Virus record (IMG/VR): IMGVR_UViG_3300025423_000028
Span: 1 to 53,086 of that record
Length of the DNA stretch: 53,086 nt
DNA from: a virus
Lineage: Duplodnaviria > Caudoviricetes
Reading direction: 5' to 3' (one strand)
In this document: in pieces, positions 18,180-28,774 of the stretch
Position numbering within the stretch: the stretch's first letter is position 1
Layout of the letters: each line of letters opens with the position of its first letter
Position numbers and translations under genes: made by a program
The notes under the pieces: model-generated
What the model saw: the letters and a program-made list of their open reading frames with translations, nothing else
Databases searched by the model: none
Told to the model about the DNA's origin: nothing

Positions 18180-19116
18180 CGTACATGGTTGCAGTCACGG
18201 ACAAGGATGGGTTAGCAATACTGTTAGAAGGGTTAACAGAAGAATCGGTGCTCGAACAGAACGTTATGTTGCCCGTCTGATCAATTGATTTCTCTTGGGT
18301 TAACAAGTGAGCAAAGAATGGTGCTGTGCTGCTGCTATTGTTTTTTAACCAATACCTTGTGTAAGTACCTGGTTTTGGATTAGCTGGTGGGTTGATCTGT
18401 GCAGTCTGCACTGATGGTTGCAAAAAGAAATTAATTGAGTAGCCAGACGCTGTTGCTACGTTACTCAATGGAACTTGGGTAAATGTTTGGATAGGCTTGC
18501 CAAAACTTATAACAAAGTTAGTTGGTATCAATCTTTGTGCTGTGCTTAGGATCGCATGAGCATCGCTTTGGTTCCAAGTGAAAATCCCACTATTATCCAG
18601 CAATGGTATGAGTACAATTTCTTCTTGTGTGTTTATGCCAGAGCGTCCATAACCAGGAGTTCTCCACGTTTCTACAGCATAGAACTTTATGCCAGCTAGA
18701 GCCTGGCACAGTGTAAGTATGCCCCATACAGTTGCTCCCATTTGAAAAGCTTCTGCGGCTCCCAACAAAGTTTCTCTATAGCTCGCGTCCTTTTCAGCAA
18801 CTTCTTGCCACTGAGTAGCTGTAAGCTGATCGATAAAAGGATTAGTAGCAAAGCTATAAATCTCTGGAGATGTCCTTTGTACTTCTAGGATGGTTCCAAG
18901 GATGTTATCGAGGTTGCTGAACTCTAGAGTCTGTTGACCCAAGCGGGCGACCATTTGCAAATTATTGAGCTGACCCGTCCCGCTATTCCCAAGCAAGATC
19001 TTCATCAATGTAGTGAGATTATCATTATCATTGAAGTTGTAAACGTCGTCGGGGAAGTTTCGTACCTTTTGTATAAAGGTGTTGTGAAGAGATACTGGCA
19101 GCAGGTTTGCAGGCAT
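18169..19116 (-). CDS. Baseplate wedge protein (P2 gpI-like position)
   Basis: Follows baseplate J; LDNILG..YR..L..GAT..GI pattern. Confidence 0.65.
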   Translation of the reverse strand: MPANLLPVSLHNTFIQKVRNFPDDVYNFNDNDNLTTLMKILLGNSGTGQLNNLQMVARLGQQTLEFSNLDNILGTILEVQRTSPEIYSFATNPFIDQLTATQWQEVAEKDASYRETLLGAAEAFQMGATVWGILTLCQALAGIKFYAVETWRTPGYGRSGINTQEEIVLIPLLDNSGIFTWNQSDAHAILSTAQRLIPTNFVISFGKPIQTFTQVPLSNVATASGYSINFFLQPSVQTAQINPPANPKPGTYTRYWLKNNSSSTAPFFAHLLTQEKSIDQTGNITFCSSTDSSVNPSNSIANPSLSVTATMYGAQ

Positions 19117-21617
19117 TAGAAGTTACTAGCTCCTGTGACTGTGTAAATGATGTTGTACAGGTTTGGTAGCTGATTGCTTGCCAGAATGAAATCTTTCTGA
19201 TATGAATTAATCAACGTACCATCCAAAGCAACGACGTTGATGTTTGTGATCTTAACGTTCGCTACGCCAGCTGAGGATAGGAATTGTGATGCTACATCTG
19301 CGAACGAAATCGTACCAAGGAATGAAAAGTTGTTAAAGTAATTATCGATCTGGTTAAAGATATTACTCTGCACCGTAGACAAGCTGTACCCATTAGAGAA
19401 GACAATCCTTGCATTCACAACAAGGTTAACAAAGTTCGCTTGGTGCACAAGAGTATTTGATCCGAATGGTCTACTTTGCTGCACAAGAGATTCAACCGTT
19501 GTTACATCGTTATTGTAAGAATGGTTGTATGTAGCCCAGCTTACAGAGCTTGGGAACGCAGGCCATCCATTTATCCCAGATGCCTGGACGTAAAGGCCAA
19601 GCCCTGTCATTGATTGAACACTGTTTTGTGTATTTGTGTTGTCAAATAATGGGTAGAACGCTACGCATCCAGTTAGAGTGATAGTTGTATTGATTGCGCT
19701 TGTAGTTGTAATAGCTTTATTCAAATAAACTCCACTAGAAGTTATGCTTTGAATATAGAATTGAGTTCCAGAAATTATAGAGTTGTTAGAACCAAGAATC
19801 ATACCTGGTATAAGGTTTGTCATGCTACCGCTGACTGGCAAGAAGTATCCACCAATTTGATTAGTTGTGACCGGCCCAGCGGTAAATGTTGCTGTTGGGA
19901 AAGGCGTTGCGTTTGTGCCCGGTTCAGGGTTGATAGCAATTGGGTATGTTGTGCCTGAGCTTATAGCTGTGTTATATAGATAAATCGTGTCAACGCTTGT
20001 AGGGTTTGCGGAGCTAATTTGAGATGGGAAATTTATTGCAGGCTGTACATTCAAAGGCAAGTAATAGTTACCAGACACCGAAGGGTTGGTTGCTGCTATT
20101 GAACCACTCGCAAGTGTATAGTTACGAGTATTTAAATAATTTATTGCGTTGCCAGAAGTCAATGTAAAGCTTGGGTTGAATACAATTTGTTCAGTGGCGG
20201 TATTTGGTGTCGTACCATTGATAAAAATATCAACATAGTTTCCGCTAGTTAACGTTGTAGAACGGCTCGATGCGGCATTGTATTCAGAAATAAGTTGTGG
20301 TGTGTTACCAATAAAAAGATTTGGGTTGTTAGTACTATTTGCAATGGTGATCGTCAACGGCGCTACAGGGTTTGTAGGGTAAAAGTAATCTGTTAGATTG
20401 GCGTATGTAGTTTGATTGTATGTATTTAAGTTAGTGCCAAGGAGCTCATTCCCTTGTGGGAAAAGGTAACCGCTGTTTACGCTGTTATACGACATGGTCC
20501 CCGACAAGCCAACATCAGGGTTGTTGGATACAATGTAATCATAAAAAGTGTAAACACTACCGCTGGCCAATGTGCCCGTAAATGTAGTTATACCACTAGT
20601 AGTAGAGGACCCTGATATAGTCAGTCTATATGGGGAAGCAAGGTTGGAAGAGATGTACATACCGCTTGCAATTGTGTTGGTGCCATTTGCTCCACTAACA
20701 GAGAATGAAAAACCACTGCTAGTTACAAGTGATGGGTATACCCCTGACATCATAGCGTTAAGGCCGGACGCAAGAGCCGATGCATTAGTGCTATATAGGA
20801 AACCACTGGATGCAACGTTGGTGCTTCCTGTATAGGTGACATTGTTAATAACACCGCTAGGAGCAACCAAATTAAACGTTACTGTTCCAGCATTTGATGT
20901 ACCACTAATTGTTGAAATAACCTGTGCTTGTTCACTGTAAAAGTTTTGTTGACCGATTGCATTCGCAAGGGTAACGTTAGGATCTTGCAACGCAGTAACA
21001 ACATATTTACCTTGTGTGCCTGCATTGTTACTAAATACAGTGCTCGTCCATCTATTTTGAAGAGCTGAGTCGCTCTCTGGGTCAAGACCACCAGAGATTG
21101 GATTGTAGTTATTCACAGCATTGACGCTGATGAGCGAAGTCATAAGGTTTGTTATGGTATTACTAGGGACGTTGCCAGTGGCACCGGGGAGGACTGCTAC
21201 AACAGGTACATCTACTGTGTAATCACCGATACCTATGATGGCCGGTGCAGTAGTTGAATAAATGATTGGCGTTGTGTAGTTCGTACCAATCGGTACAGAT
21301 ACCTGCGTACCGACTGGGATGTTAACTACAGTGGTCGATGCAGTGCTGATAGAAAAAGTGACGGTGCCTGAAGCACGCTTGCCTAGCTGACGATAGATAC
21401 CAAAAAGGTTGCAAAAGGCATCGAGCTCAGCGCCAGACTTTGTACTAATGTCATAGCTATATGTTTGTAGGACAGAGTTGTTATTAGCGTAAGCGATCTC
21501 TTGTGCTACAGCTTCTAAGATTTTAAATGTTGCTGTGCCAACGCTAACGTCCCAAGAGGGATCGTATACCGACAGCGCAGCTTGTAGCCGGGCAAGTACC
21601 CCAGTTGTATCAGCCAT
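19116..21617 (-). CDS. Baseplate J-like wedge protein with large insertion
   Basis: GAELDAFCNLFGIYR..ASGTVTF, IPVGT, GATGNV, GGLDPESDSALQNR. Confidence 0.85.
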   Translation of the reverse strand: MADTTGVLARLQAALSVYDPSWDVSVGTATFKILEAVAQEIAYANNNSVLQTYSYDISTKSGAELDAFCNLFGIYRQLGKRASGTVTFSISTASTTVVNIPVGTQVSVPIGTNYTTPIIYSTTAPAIIGIGDYTVDVPVVAVLPGATGNVPSNTITNLMTSLISVNAVNNYNPISGGLDPESDSALQNRWTSTVFSNNAGTQGKYVVTALQDPNVTLANAIGQQNFYSEQAQVISTISGTSNAGTVTFNLVAPSGVINNVTYTGSTNVASSGFLYSTNASALASGLNAMMSGVYPSLVTSSGFSFSVSGANGTNTIASGMYISSNLASPYRLTISGSSTTSGITTFTGTLASGSVYTFYDYIVSNNPDVGLSGTMSYNSVNSGYLFPQGNELLGTNLNTYNQTTYANLTDYFYPTNPVAPLTITIANSTNNPNLFIGNTPQLISEYNAASSRSTTLTSGNYVDIFINGTTPNTATEQIVFNPSFTLTSGNAINYLNTRNYTLASGSIAATNPSVSGNYYLPLNVQPAINFPSQISSANPTSVDTIYLYNTAISSGTTYPIAINPEPGTNATPFPTATFTAGPVTTNQIGGYFLPVSGSMTNLIPGMILGSNNSIISGTQFYIQSITSSGVYLNKAITTTSAINTTITLTGCVAFYPLFDNTNTQNSVQSMTGLGLYVQASGINGWPAFPSSVSWATYNHSYNNDVTTVESLVQQSRPFGSNTLVHQANFVNLVVNARIVFSNGYSLSTVQSNIFNQIDNYFNNFSFLGTISFADVASQFLSSAGVANVKITNINVVALDGTLINSYQKDFILASNQLPNLYNIIYTVTGASNF

Positions 21618-22062
21618 TGTTTACACTAACTCCATCATTGTCCAAATAGACGTTTAAGTTTAATTTCGTATTAGCTAAGGTTGTTAAATATATGTTAGCT
21701 ATTACAGAAGTATTTTGTATGCTTACCTGCACGGAATCAATGCTTTTTATAATCTCGCTTTTATTCCAATAAGATAGTTGAGCAGAATTTTGAGCATTTT
21801 GCAAGCTTAAGGCCTGTTGACCCTGGTATAGTTGAAGGACTCTAGATATTTCGCTTTGGATTGTGCTAGAGGTATTATACCCCTGGGCTTTACCAACGAT
21901 ATCGGTAAGCAAGCTACCAAAACCAGGCGTTGTGAACCCTGTACCCAGTGGCTCTTCTAGCCACAAAGTAAGGTCTTGTATTAGTTTATTGCTACCAACG
22001 GTGAATTGTAATTTACCGTTATTTAATTGGATATCACCATTGCTAACTGTAATCGTCTTCAT
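21610..22062 (-). CDS. Baseplate wedge/sheath initiator (T4 gp25-like)
   Basis: GDI..KLIQDL..L.EPLG..PGFGS.L motif, directly upstream of baseplate J. Confidence 0.75.
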   Translation of the reverse strand: MKTITVSNGDIQLNNGKLQFTVGSNKLIQDLTLWLEEPLGTGFTTPGFGSLLTDIVGKAQGYNTSSTIQSEISRVLQLYQGQQALSLQNAQNSAQLSYWNKSEIIKSIDSVQVSIQNTSVIANIYLTTLANTKLNLNVYLDNDGVSVNNG

Positions 22063-22098
22063 AGTATCTTAGTTAAAATACGGTCTGTAGTACATTCT

Positions 22099-22776
22099 CT
22101 AAAAACCCATTGCTAGGAACATATTGCCATTGCTTGCTGGTTTTATGGCAAAACCATAAACAGAACCAATTGGATATGCTGATGCAGACTGAGGAGAGAC
22201 GTACGATTGGTTGGTCTGAGATGATGGTGCTATTAAGTAGTCAAGAAAAACCATTCTAGTAGTACCATTACGTGCAGCAAAAGTGTCAGAAGTTCCTGCC
22301 CAAGTTCCTGAAGGAGTAAGGTTGTTCCATTGATATGCTTGGCCAAAGGCAATTAATAACTGACCAGCTGACCATGACAAATTAGTACCTGTAACAGTGG
22401 AGAAGTTATTTGTATTTGATAAAGGGCCAAATAGCTGGGTTGGTGCAGCAGAGGAAGCTCCAGAAAAAATTCCAACACCAACTGCTGTACCACTGGCAGG
22501 GTTACTAGACAGAGTAAATGTGGTATTTCCAGCAGAACATCCATAGCCAATTGCAAACCAGTTACCGTTATTACCGCTTGTAGCGGGGAGACTTTTAATA
22601 ATCCAAGAAGCGCCTAACCCAGATACTGTTACGCCAGTCCAGTCAGCACTGGGAGTACCAATGATAATAACTGCGACATCATTTGCCTTGGTTGTATAGC
22701 TGTTTGGCAATGATATTGGGGACGTACTTAAGGCAAGAGGAGTTGTGTTTGAAGTTGTGCCAACTGTAATAGCCAT
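22099..22776 (-). CDS. Fibre/spike-associated beta-sandwich protein
   Basis: Abuts the spike-fibre gene; C-terminus paralogous to 40616..40930. Confidence 0.6.
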   Translation of the reverse strand: MAITVGTTSNTTPLALSTSPISLPNSYTTKANDVAVIIIGTPSADWTGVTVSGLGASWIIKSLPATSGNNGNWFAIGYGCSAGNTTFTLSSNPASGTAVGVGIFSGASSAAPTQLFGPLSNTNNFSTVTGTNLSWSAGQLLIAFGQAYQWNNLTPSGTWAGTSDTFAARNGTTRMVFLDYLIAPSSQTNQSYVSPQSASAYPIGSVYGFAIKPASNGNMFLAMGF

Positions 22777-24612
22777 TTAAGCCACCGCCACACAGCGCCA
22801 CTTAGAAGTGGAACCATTATAAATAAAGCCAACAGTTAGGGGAAGAGTCGTTGAACCATTCGATGTAGTGGGAGCAGATACCTGTGAATTTTCAGTATTT
22901 GTCCAGCTAATAGTTTGAGCAACTGCGCTAAAATCGAGGATGCGAACTATCGCCTGCATACCGTCTACTGCACCAGTAGTAGACATAGTAATAGCTAGGG
23001 TTGCCGCAGAGTTGTTGGTTACCTTAGTAGACGTATAGGTTGATCCACTAACGGTGGCTGCATTGGATGTAGCAGTAATGCTTGCAACGTTAGGTAGATA
23101 AGCATTTGATGTAATTGTACCACTAAAAGTAGCATTACCAACATGGGTAGAGGTACCTGTTACAAATAGTGTGCCACTACTAGTTAAGCTAGATGAAAAA
23201 ACACCAGAAGTTCCATTAATATTGGCAGCAGAGACTAAACCACCTGCTCCACCAACAGTTATATAACCTGAAGTTCCTGATCCACTTACAGATACATAAC
23301 CACTACCCAGAGTAGTGGTACCGGTGACAGTAAGTCCTGATGTTACTGTAAGGGTGCTCTGGACTGATGAAGCACCCTGTAGGATAAGACCACCGGTAAT
23401 AGAATTATTATAGATTACTCCAAGTCCGGGGTTATATGTCAGTACATAGCCAGTAGCTGGACCATAACCTGAGTTATAGTTGGCAATATAGTTGGTTGAA
23501 GGAACGGTTTGCCCATTATAGGCTAGTGTACCACTAATATTTATACCACCACTAACAGTAAGACCTGAAGCAACCGTAAGGTTGCCGCTTATAGTACCAC
23601 CAGAATATGGGAATTTAGCAGCAAGATCTGTAGTTAAATTAGTTACTTGACTTTCAGAGATCTGGATGCCAGTAGCGGTTACAGTACCGCTAACTGTAAG
23701 ACCACTAGCTACAACAAGATTACCCGATACCGTAGTAGTGGCAAGTGTTTTATTACTAAGCGTTTGAGTACCATTTAGAGTTGCAAGAGTATCGGTTGAA
23801 CCAAGGCCAGGGCCAGGAATAATAATTGTTCCTGGGTTTGACCCGCTTACAGAAAGCTGGTAACCACCACCAGTTAGGAAATTTATATTTGTTGCTTGAC
23901 CAAGGGTGATACCGCTGTTGGCAGCGAGTGTGTTGTTAAGAGTGGTTGTGCCTGTAACGGTGAGATTGCCGCCAACTGTCATTGCACCAGTGTCTACTTC
24001 ACTACCAACGGTTAAAGCACCACTAACAGTTAAACCTGATGCAACAACCAAGTTGCCTGAGACTGTACCACCTGAAATAGGTAGATAATTACCAGACACG
24101 GTGCCACCACTGATGGTAGCTGGTGCCCATTGCGTACCGTTGTAGACCAACGATTGGCCATTTGTAGCGGTTACACCACCCACTAGTGGGCTAGTAACGT
24201 ACAAACCACCTTGGAGTGTTGCTGTGCCAGTTACCGTTAAGTTACCACTGATTGTTCCACCAGATATTGGCAAGTAATTACCAGACACAGTTGGTGTAGG
24301 CAATGGAGCAGTAGTGTTTATCTGGCGAGTAACTGGGTCATAAACACCACCGTATAGATAAATACGGTAAAGGCTTGTGCGTTTTTCTACCCACCATACT
24401 TGGTTTGGGCCTAGTTGGTCTATGGAAACACCAGGCGGCATAGCCTGAAGGTCAATTTCGTATTGGAAACCCTTAGTGTCTACGCCATTACAATAATAAT
24501 TCTTTGTTGCAGTCTGCACGCTACTAAATGGGTGAAGTTGTGGCCCTGTTGTAAGGGTAACTTTTCGTACGCCATTGATTCTAAAATTCTGATCTTCTGT
24601 AAAAAAGTTCAT
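22777..24612 (-). CDS. Probable central spike/tail fibre protein
   Basis: About 100-aa N-terminal domain directly after the hub gene, then repeats YLPISGGTISGNLTV, ending WRCVAVA. Confidence 0.65.
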   Translation of the reverse strand: MNFFTEDQNFRINGVRKVTLTTGPQLHPFSSVQTATKNYYCNGVDTKGFQYEIDLQAMPPGVSIDQLGPNQVWWVEKRTSLYRIYLYGGVYDPVTRQINTTAPLPTPTVSGNYLPISGGTISGNLTVTGTATLQGGLYVTSPLVGGVTATNGQSLVYNGTQWAPATISGGTVSGNYLPISGGTVSGNLVVASGLTVSGALTVGSEVDTGAMTVGGNLTVTGTTTLNNTLAANSGITLGQATNINFLTGGGYQLSVSGSNPGTIIIPGPGLGSTDTLATLNGTQTLSNKTLATTTVSGNLVVASGLTVSGTVTATGIQISESQVTNLTTDLAAKFPYSGGTISGNLTVASGLTVSGGINISGTLAYNGQTVPSTNYIANYNSGYGPATGYVLTYNPGLGVIYNNSITGGLILQGASSVQSTLTVTSGLTVTGTTTLGSGYVSVSGSGTSGYITVGGAGGLVSAANINGTSGVFSSSLTSSGTLFVTGTSTHVGNATFSGTITSNAYLPNVASITATSNAATVSGSTYTSTKVTNNSAATLAITMSTTGAVDGMQAIVRILDFSAVAQTISWTNTENSQVSAPTTSNGSTTLPLTVGFIYNGSTSKWRCVAVA

Positions 24613-27398
24613 GATACGAAGTTCAATCCATAGTGCATAATTTCACCGTTTTTGATCGGCGCTGTCAATGTAGCAGTAGTCAAAAAACCATTGCTTCTAT
24701 CGCCTTGGTGTTGTACCGAAGAGACATAGAACTGATAGTTATCAGTACCGCCAGATTCATTGTCTAACGTCAATGAGATTCTCATCCCTGGGTACAACTC
24801 AGGCATGAATGTAAGAGATACGGTGCTTACAAACTGGTTAACCCATTGCTGCATAAAGGTCTGCAGAGCATAAATGTACTCTAAAGCATGGGTGTGAATC
24901 ATGCTCTGTTGTGTGACAGAAGGTCTCAACCCGTATCTATTTAAAAAGTTAGTAATGTTCTTTTCATTGTCTGCAATGGTTTTAACATTCTGGTTGTACT
25001 TACCGAAAAGAATCTGCATAGTACTTACGTCTTGGATGCTAACAATGCCTTGATTAACCATTTGGTCAACAGTACTTACTTGTTGGCCGATGCCCGTTGT
25101 ATCACCAATAACTGAAACGTGTGTAACCAATTGAGTGTCATCATGATAGATCTGGAAGTCAATTATTTCTACTGGACTAATATCAAGTGCTGGTTGTGTA
25201 CCATAGACACCGTAGTAATCAGGGAACCAAGCAACGAAGTCGCCGTTGGGAGCACTTTGGAACATTCGTAGACCTGCACCAATGATTTGAGTTATATCTT
25301 GCATAACAGGGTTATCAAGGATAAATGCTTGGGGGTGTCCCTGGATAACAGACGCAGTTACATTGAAGTTTGGTGTCTGGAACCCTGTGTTATATGCGCC
25401 AGTAAGACTGAATGCGGAGTTTTTGCCAGAAACAGAAACGTCGTAGAATTGTGGTCCAGAATTCGGTGTTGTTTGACTTGCTGTATTGTTTGTAGAAATT
25501 GTAGGGTTGTAATTTTGCTTAGGGTTATTGCCCCAGCCAGGATGCAACGTGATTGGCCTGCGGCAACCAATAAGTCTTCCACCCCAGCTTTGTTGTTGTC
25601 CACCAACAATTTGTGACCAAATGACCTCTGACTCATTCAATGGTACACCATAAGTATTTGCTTGGATTGAGTAGCCAACGCCGGGAATTGCCTGGTTAAT
25701 ACCCTGAGCATTGTTAGAAGGAGGTGGATCTCCAAAATTAACGCTCATAATAGTTACGTGCTGGGGCGGTGCTCCAACATCTCCTGGTACTTCCCAGAAC
25801 ATAAGGTCACCAACCTGTGGTTGAACAGTGTTTGGGATCCATTGACCGTATATCTCTGGATGACTACCATCAATTGGTCCACATTCTGTCCATGTATCAC
25901 CCCAAGAGAGGCCACCAAGTTTAATGCCTATTGTTGAATAGCCCCAATAAGCCAGCCCTGAACAGTCAAAAGAACCAGTGTGCTTTCCATACACTCCTGG
26001 GTTCATACGCCCTGCGCCTGATTCTGTGTAAGAGTCTCCTATTTGCCCACGAAGATTATGGATCAGCTTATTAAGAGCATCAGTTATTGCTGTCGGTTCG
26101 GTTGCCTTAGTTGAATTATAACCATAATAGTTACTAGCATTACTTGCATTGAGGTCAGGCTGTGGTCCGGCTGTAATCTTTGCATTGTCTGCCCATTCGA
26201 ATGTTATTTCTGCATAGTCACCGGCAGCACCTGGCATATGTGGAGATGGGCTAGAAGATGACCAGGCGGTTGGGTCACCGATAGATCCATTGAGGTAAGA
26301 TATTACACCAGGGTGGCACTGCAGATAATCAACGTTGGGATCATACGCTGAGAAACCTTTAACTGCGTTGGAATATGGCGCTTGTGGGACACTCGTTGTC
26401 CTAACAGCAACAACTTTGCCCGTTTTTTGGTTGGTAATGAGCAGTAGACGACCATCGTATGAGTTCTTAACGGGGTTATACGCAAGCCAATTGATTGCAT
26501 TCTCAACAGTGACATTGTTTTTAAGCTGTAGATATGAGAACGCAGCAGAACAATAGTAAATGTCTTGGTTAATCAGCTCGAGTTTAACCGGGTTTGATGG
26601 GTTAGGACCGGGGAAGTTCGCCTTACCACCAGCCAGTGGGGAGGTAACAAGTGCTACGGCTTTAGATGCATGGATTTGTACGCCAACTCCACCGTCAGGT
26701 GCTCCAACGGCTTTTGCTGTTTGATTACCCTGGAATTCAATACTATTAGTCCCCAAGCTCTTACCCTTGGCAACACCATTGGAGCTTATAACTTTAGAAA
26801 TTGTTTCTGTAACGTGCTGATCTATCTGTGTGCTAGAGCTCAAGTTGTTTGTGAAAGCACCTGCGGCAAACTGCACAAAGTTCCATGGAATCCCTTGAAT
26901 GTGAATCGCATTCGTGTTCCAACCAACTACTTCAGTAAGCACGTTAACAATCGCCTGTGCGATACCACCATCATTTACAGTTGCCTGGCTGCTTGTAGCA
27001 CTCTTGTCCATGTAGTTAAGCAAAAGTGATTGGTACTGGATAAGGGTATCATCCCAATATGTTTGCTGGAGTATGTATAGCGTGCAAGACGCATTGATAG
27101 TTACTGGTGTTGGCACTAGAGTTTCAATAGGTGCATAGGTTACCAAACCAGTAAAACACTGAATGAAATTAGTACGCTTTAAAAATACAGTGATACGATC
27201 CATCGTATTAATTACACGGTTGTACTTACGTCTTGGGTTATTGAGTACGCAAGAGAATGTGCTTGTCTGATTTATTTCTCTACTCATATCAAAGCTAACA
27301 ATGTCTGCAGATACGTCAATGACACCGTTATTAATAGTAGATATAGCTACGCTAATGTCAGGTGAGTAGACAAATGTACCGGATTGATTAAAGCTCAT
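24609..27398 (-). CDS. Baseplate hub protein with inserted NlpC/P60 peptidase
   Basis: Hub-like N- and C-termini (FMPELYPGMRI, FYVSSVQH); FDCSGL and HV catalytic motifs. Confidence 0.8.
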   Translation of the reverse strand: MSFNQSGTFVYSPDISVAISTINNGVIDVSADIVSFDMSREINQTSTFSCVLNNPRRKYNRVINTMDRITVFLKRTNFIQCFTGLVTYAPIETLVPTPVTINASCTLYILQQTYWDDTLIQYQSLLLNYMDKSATSSQATVNDGGIAQAIVNVLTEVVGWNTNAIHIQGIPWNFVQFAAGAFTNNLSSSTQIDQHVTETISKVISSNGVAKGKSLGTNSIEFQGNQTAKAVGAPDGGVGVQIHASKAVALVTSPLAGGKANFPGPNPSNPVKLELINQDIYYCSAAFSYLQLKNNVTVENAINWLAYNPVKNSYDGRLLLITNQKTGKVVAVRTTSVPQAPYSNAVKGFSAYDPNVDYLQCHPGVISYLNGSIGDPTAWSSSSPSPHMPGAAGDYAEITFEWADNAKITAGPQPDLNASNASNYYGYNSTKATEPTAITDALNKLIHNLRGQIGDSYTESGAGRMNPGVYGKHTGSFDCSGLAYWGYSTIGIKLGGLSWGDTWTECGPIDGSHPEIYGQWIPNTVQPQVGDLMFWEVPGDVGAPPQHVTIMSVNFGDPPPSNNAQGINQAIPGVGYSIQANTYGVPLNESEVIWSQIVGGQQQSWGGRLIGCRRPITLHPGWGNNPKQNYNPTISTNNTASQTTPNSGPQFYDVSVSGKNSAFSLTGAYNTGFQTPNFNVTASVIQGHPQAFILDNPVMQDITQIIGAGLRMFQSAPNGDFVAWFPDYYGVYGTQPALDISPVEIIDFQIYHDDTQLVTHVSVIGDTTGIGQQVSTVDQMVNQGIVSIQDVSTMQILFGKYNQNVKTIADNEKNITNFLNRYGLRPSVTQQSMIHTHALEYIYALQTFMQQWVNQFVSTVSLTFMPELYPGMRISLTLDNESGGTDNYQFYVSSVQHQGDRSNGFLTTATLTAPIKNGEIMHYGLNFVS

Positions 27399-28057
27399 CG
27401 CCCTGGTATCCCTGCAATTTTTGCTTTGTTTGCATTCAACCCTTGGATATTTAACCAGTTGGAACCGAGTTGGCCTTGATCAGATGCAGTTGGCGGATAT
27501 GTCAAAGCAAGTGTTCCTGTGGTTAGTGGAGTATTTGCTACGTTTTTTGTAATTATATTCATATTATATGAAGTTGTAAATACGTTCTGGAATTTGATAT
27601 ATTGCTTTTCTGCTTGTGCTATCCAACCGCTATATTGCATTGGATCTAATGGTGCTTGGCTAATGAGAGTGTTGAACAACGGCGACGATACATCTGAGTT
27701 ATTTATATAATTCAAAGTCATTGGTAGTGTTGTTCCACCATTCACCATCAATTGTTGATGATAGCGTATTGCATCCTGGAACTTATTCATCTTAGCAAAA
27801 CCATCTCTAGGATCAATGTCTTCAAAGCCGAGTTGGGTGATGTGCTTGGGTTTTTTGTAGTTAGGTGTTGCCAATGGCCACAATGCAGTAAATTGAATAA
27901 ACATTTCTGCACGTCTAATGGGAGTCCATGACAATTTTTCGCGCACCTGTTGCGTAACGAACTCATTACTAGTTGAAGTGCTTACAATTTGTAGCCATAT
28001 TTCGTATGTAGTGGCGCCATTTGCGCCCTGTAGTGTTACGGTTGCGTTCCCAGCCAT
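27395..28057 (-). CDS. Tail/baseplate protein
   Basis: 220 aa between tape measure and hub genes. Confidence 0.6.
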   Translation of the reverse strand: MAGNATVTLQGANGATTYEIWLQIVSTSTSNEFVTQQVREKLSWTPIRRAEMFIQFTALWPLATPNYKKPKHITQLGFEDIDPRDGFAKMNKFQDAIRYHQQLMVNGGTTLPMTLNYINNSDVSSPLFNTLISQAPLDPMQYSGWIAQAEKQYIKFQNVFTTSYNMNIITKNVANTPLTTGTLALTYPPTASDQGQLGSNWLNIQGLNANKAKIAGIPGR

Positions 28058-28203
28058 TGCTGTGTACCTTGCTGTCCTAGTGTCTCATGAATCATTCCCA
28101 TGGAATTACTCCATGCAAAACCATTGAAACTAATCAACTCCGCATCTTGGTGAAGAATTGGAGTAGAGATCTTACAATTGTAATAATAATTATTTGTTTC
28201 CAT
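28036..28203 (-). CDS. Small hypothetical protein, 55 aa (not in ORF track)
   Basis: METNNYYYNCKISTPILHQDAELISFNGFAWSNSMGMIHE..; fills the gap, AGGT upstream. Confidence 0.45.
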   Translation of the reverse strand: METNNYYYNCKISTPILHQDAELISFNGFAWSNSMGMIHETLGQQGTQQWLGTQP

Positions 28204-28217
28204 AAGTACCTAACTTT

Positions 28218-28772
28218 TTATTTTGGTAGGTTTACGTTTACTGATCTTGCAGAACCAGTACCGTTCCATACGTTGTTGTAACCTATTTCGCCACCAGAGC
28301 TCTTTATAATACGCTGCAGGGCTTCAGCTGTAGCAGCATTTGTAGAGACACCGCTCACATCTTGATCGGCTTCAAAGCTCATATAGTAAGGATATGTTAC
28401 GGTTGTAACATCCCAACCAAGTTGCATCTGCTCGAGCCAGACTCTCCAGGTAAGATTCCTGCTTGGCACATTCAAAGTCATTGAAACTTTATTTTGGTTT
28501 TGATTATCCTGCATGGTTTTAAAGTTCTCATACAAATCCATGAGGTTTTTCCTACTACCTGCTTCACCCTGGAGAGCAAGCGTTGTTATCTTTACAGAAA
28601 GCAATTGCTTGACACGCCCACCAATCGTGCTAAAACTTTGCATATTCATTTCATAGTTCCATGTAAGCTGATCGATGTTATATGGGAATGAATGTGTAAT
28701 GCCCGTTGTGTTATCAATGAGGTTGGCTACCTCTACTACGTTTTGTGGTTGTCCTGTATTAGCTATGAACAT
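28218..28772 (-). CDS. Tail tube initiator-like protein
   Basis: Immediately after tape measure; FPYNI..W.Y..TIGGRVKQLLS. Confidence 0.6.
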   Translation of the reverse strand: MFIANTGQPQNVVEVANLIDNTTGITHSFPYNIDQLTWNYEMNMQSFSTIGGRVKQLLSVKITTLALQGEAGSRKNLMDLYENFKTMQDNQNQNKVSMTLNVPSRNLTWRVWLEQMQLGWDVTTVTYPYYMSFEADQDVSGVSTNAATAEALQRIIKSSGGEIGYNNVWNGTGSARSVNVNLPK

Positions 28773-28774
28773 AA

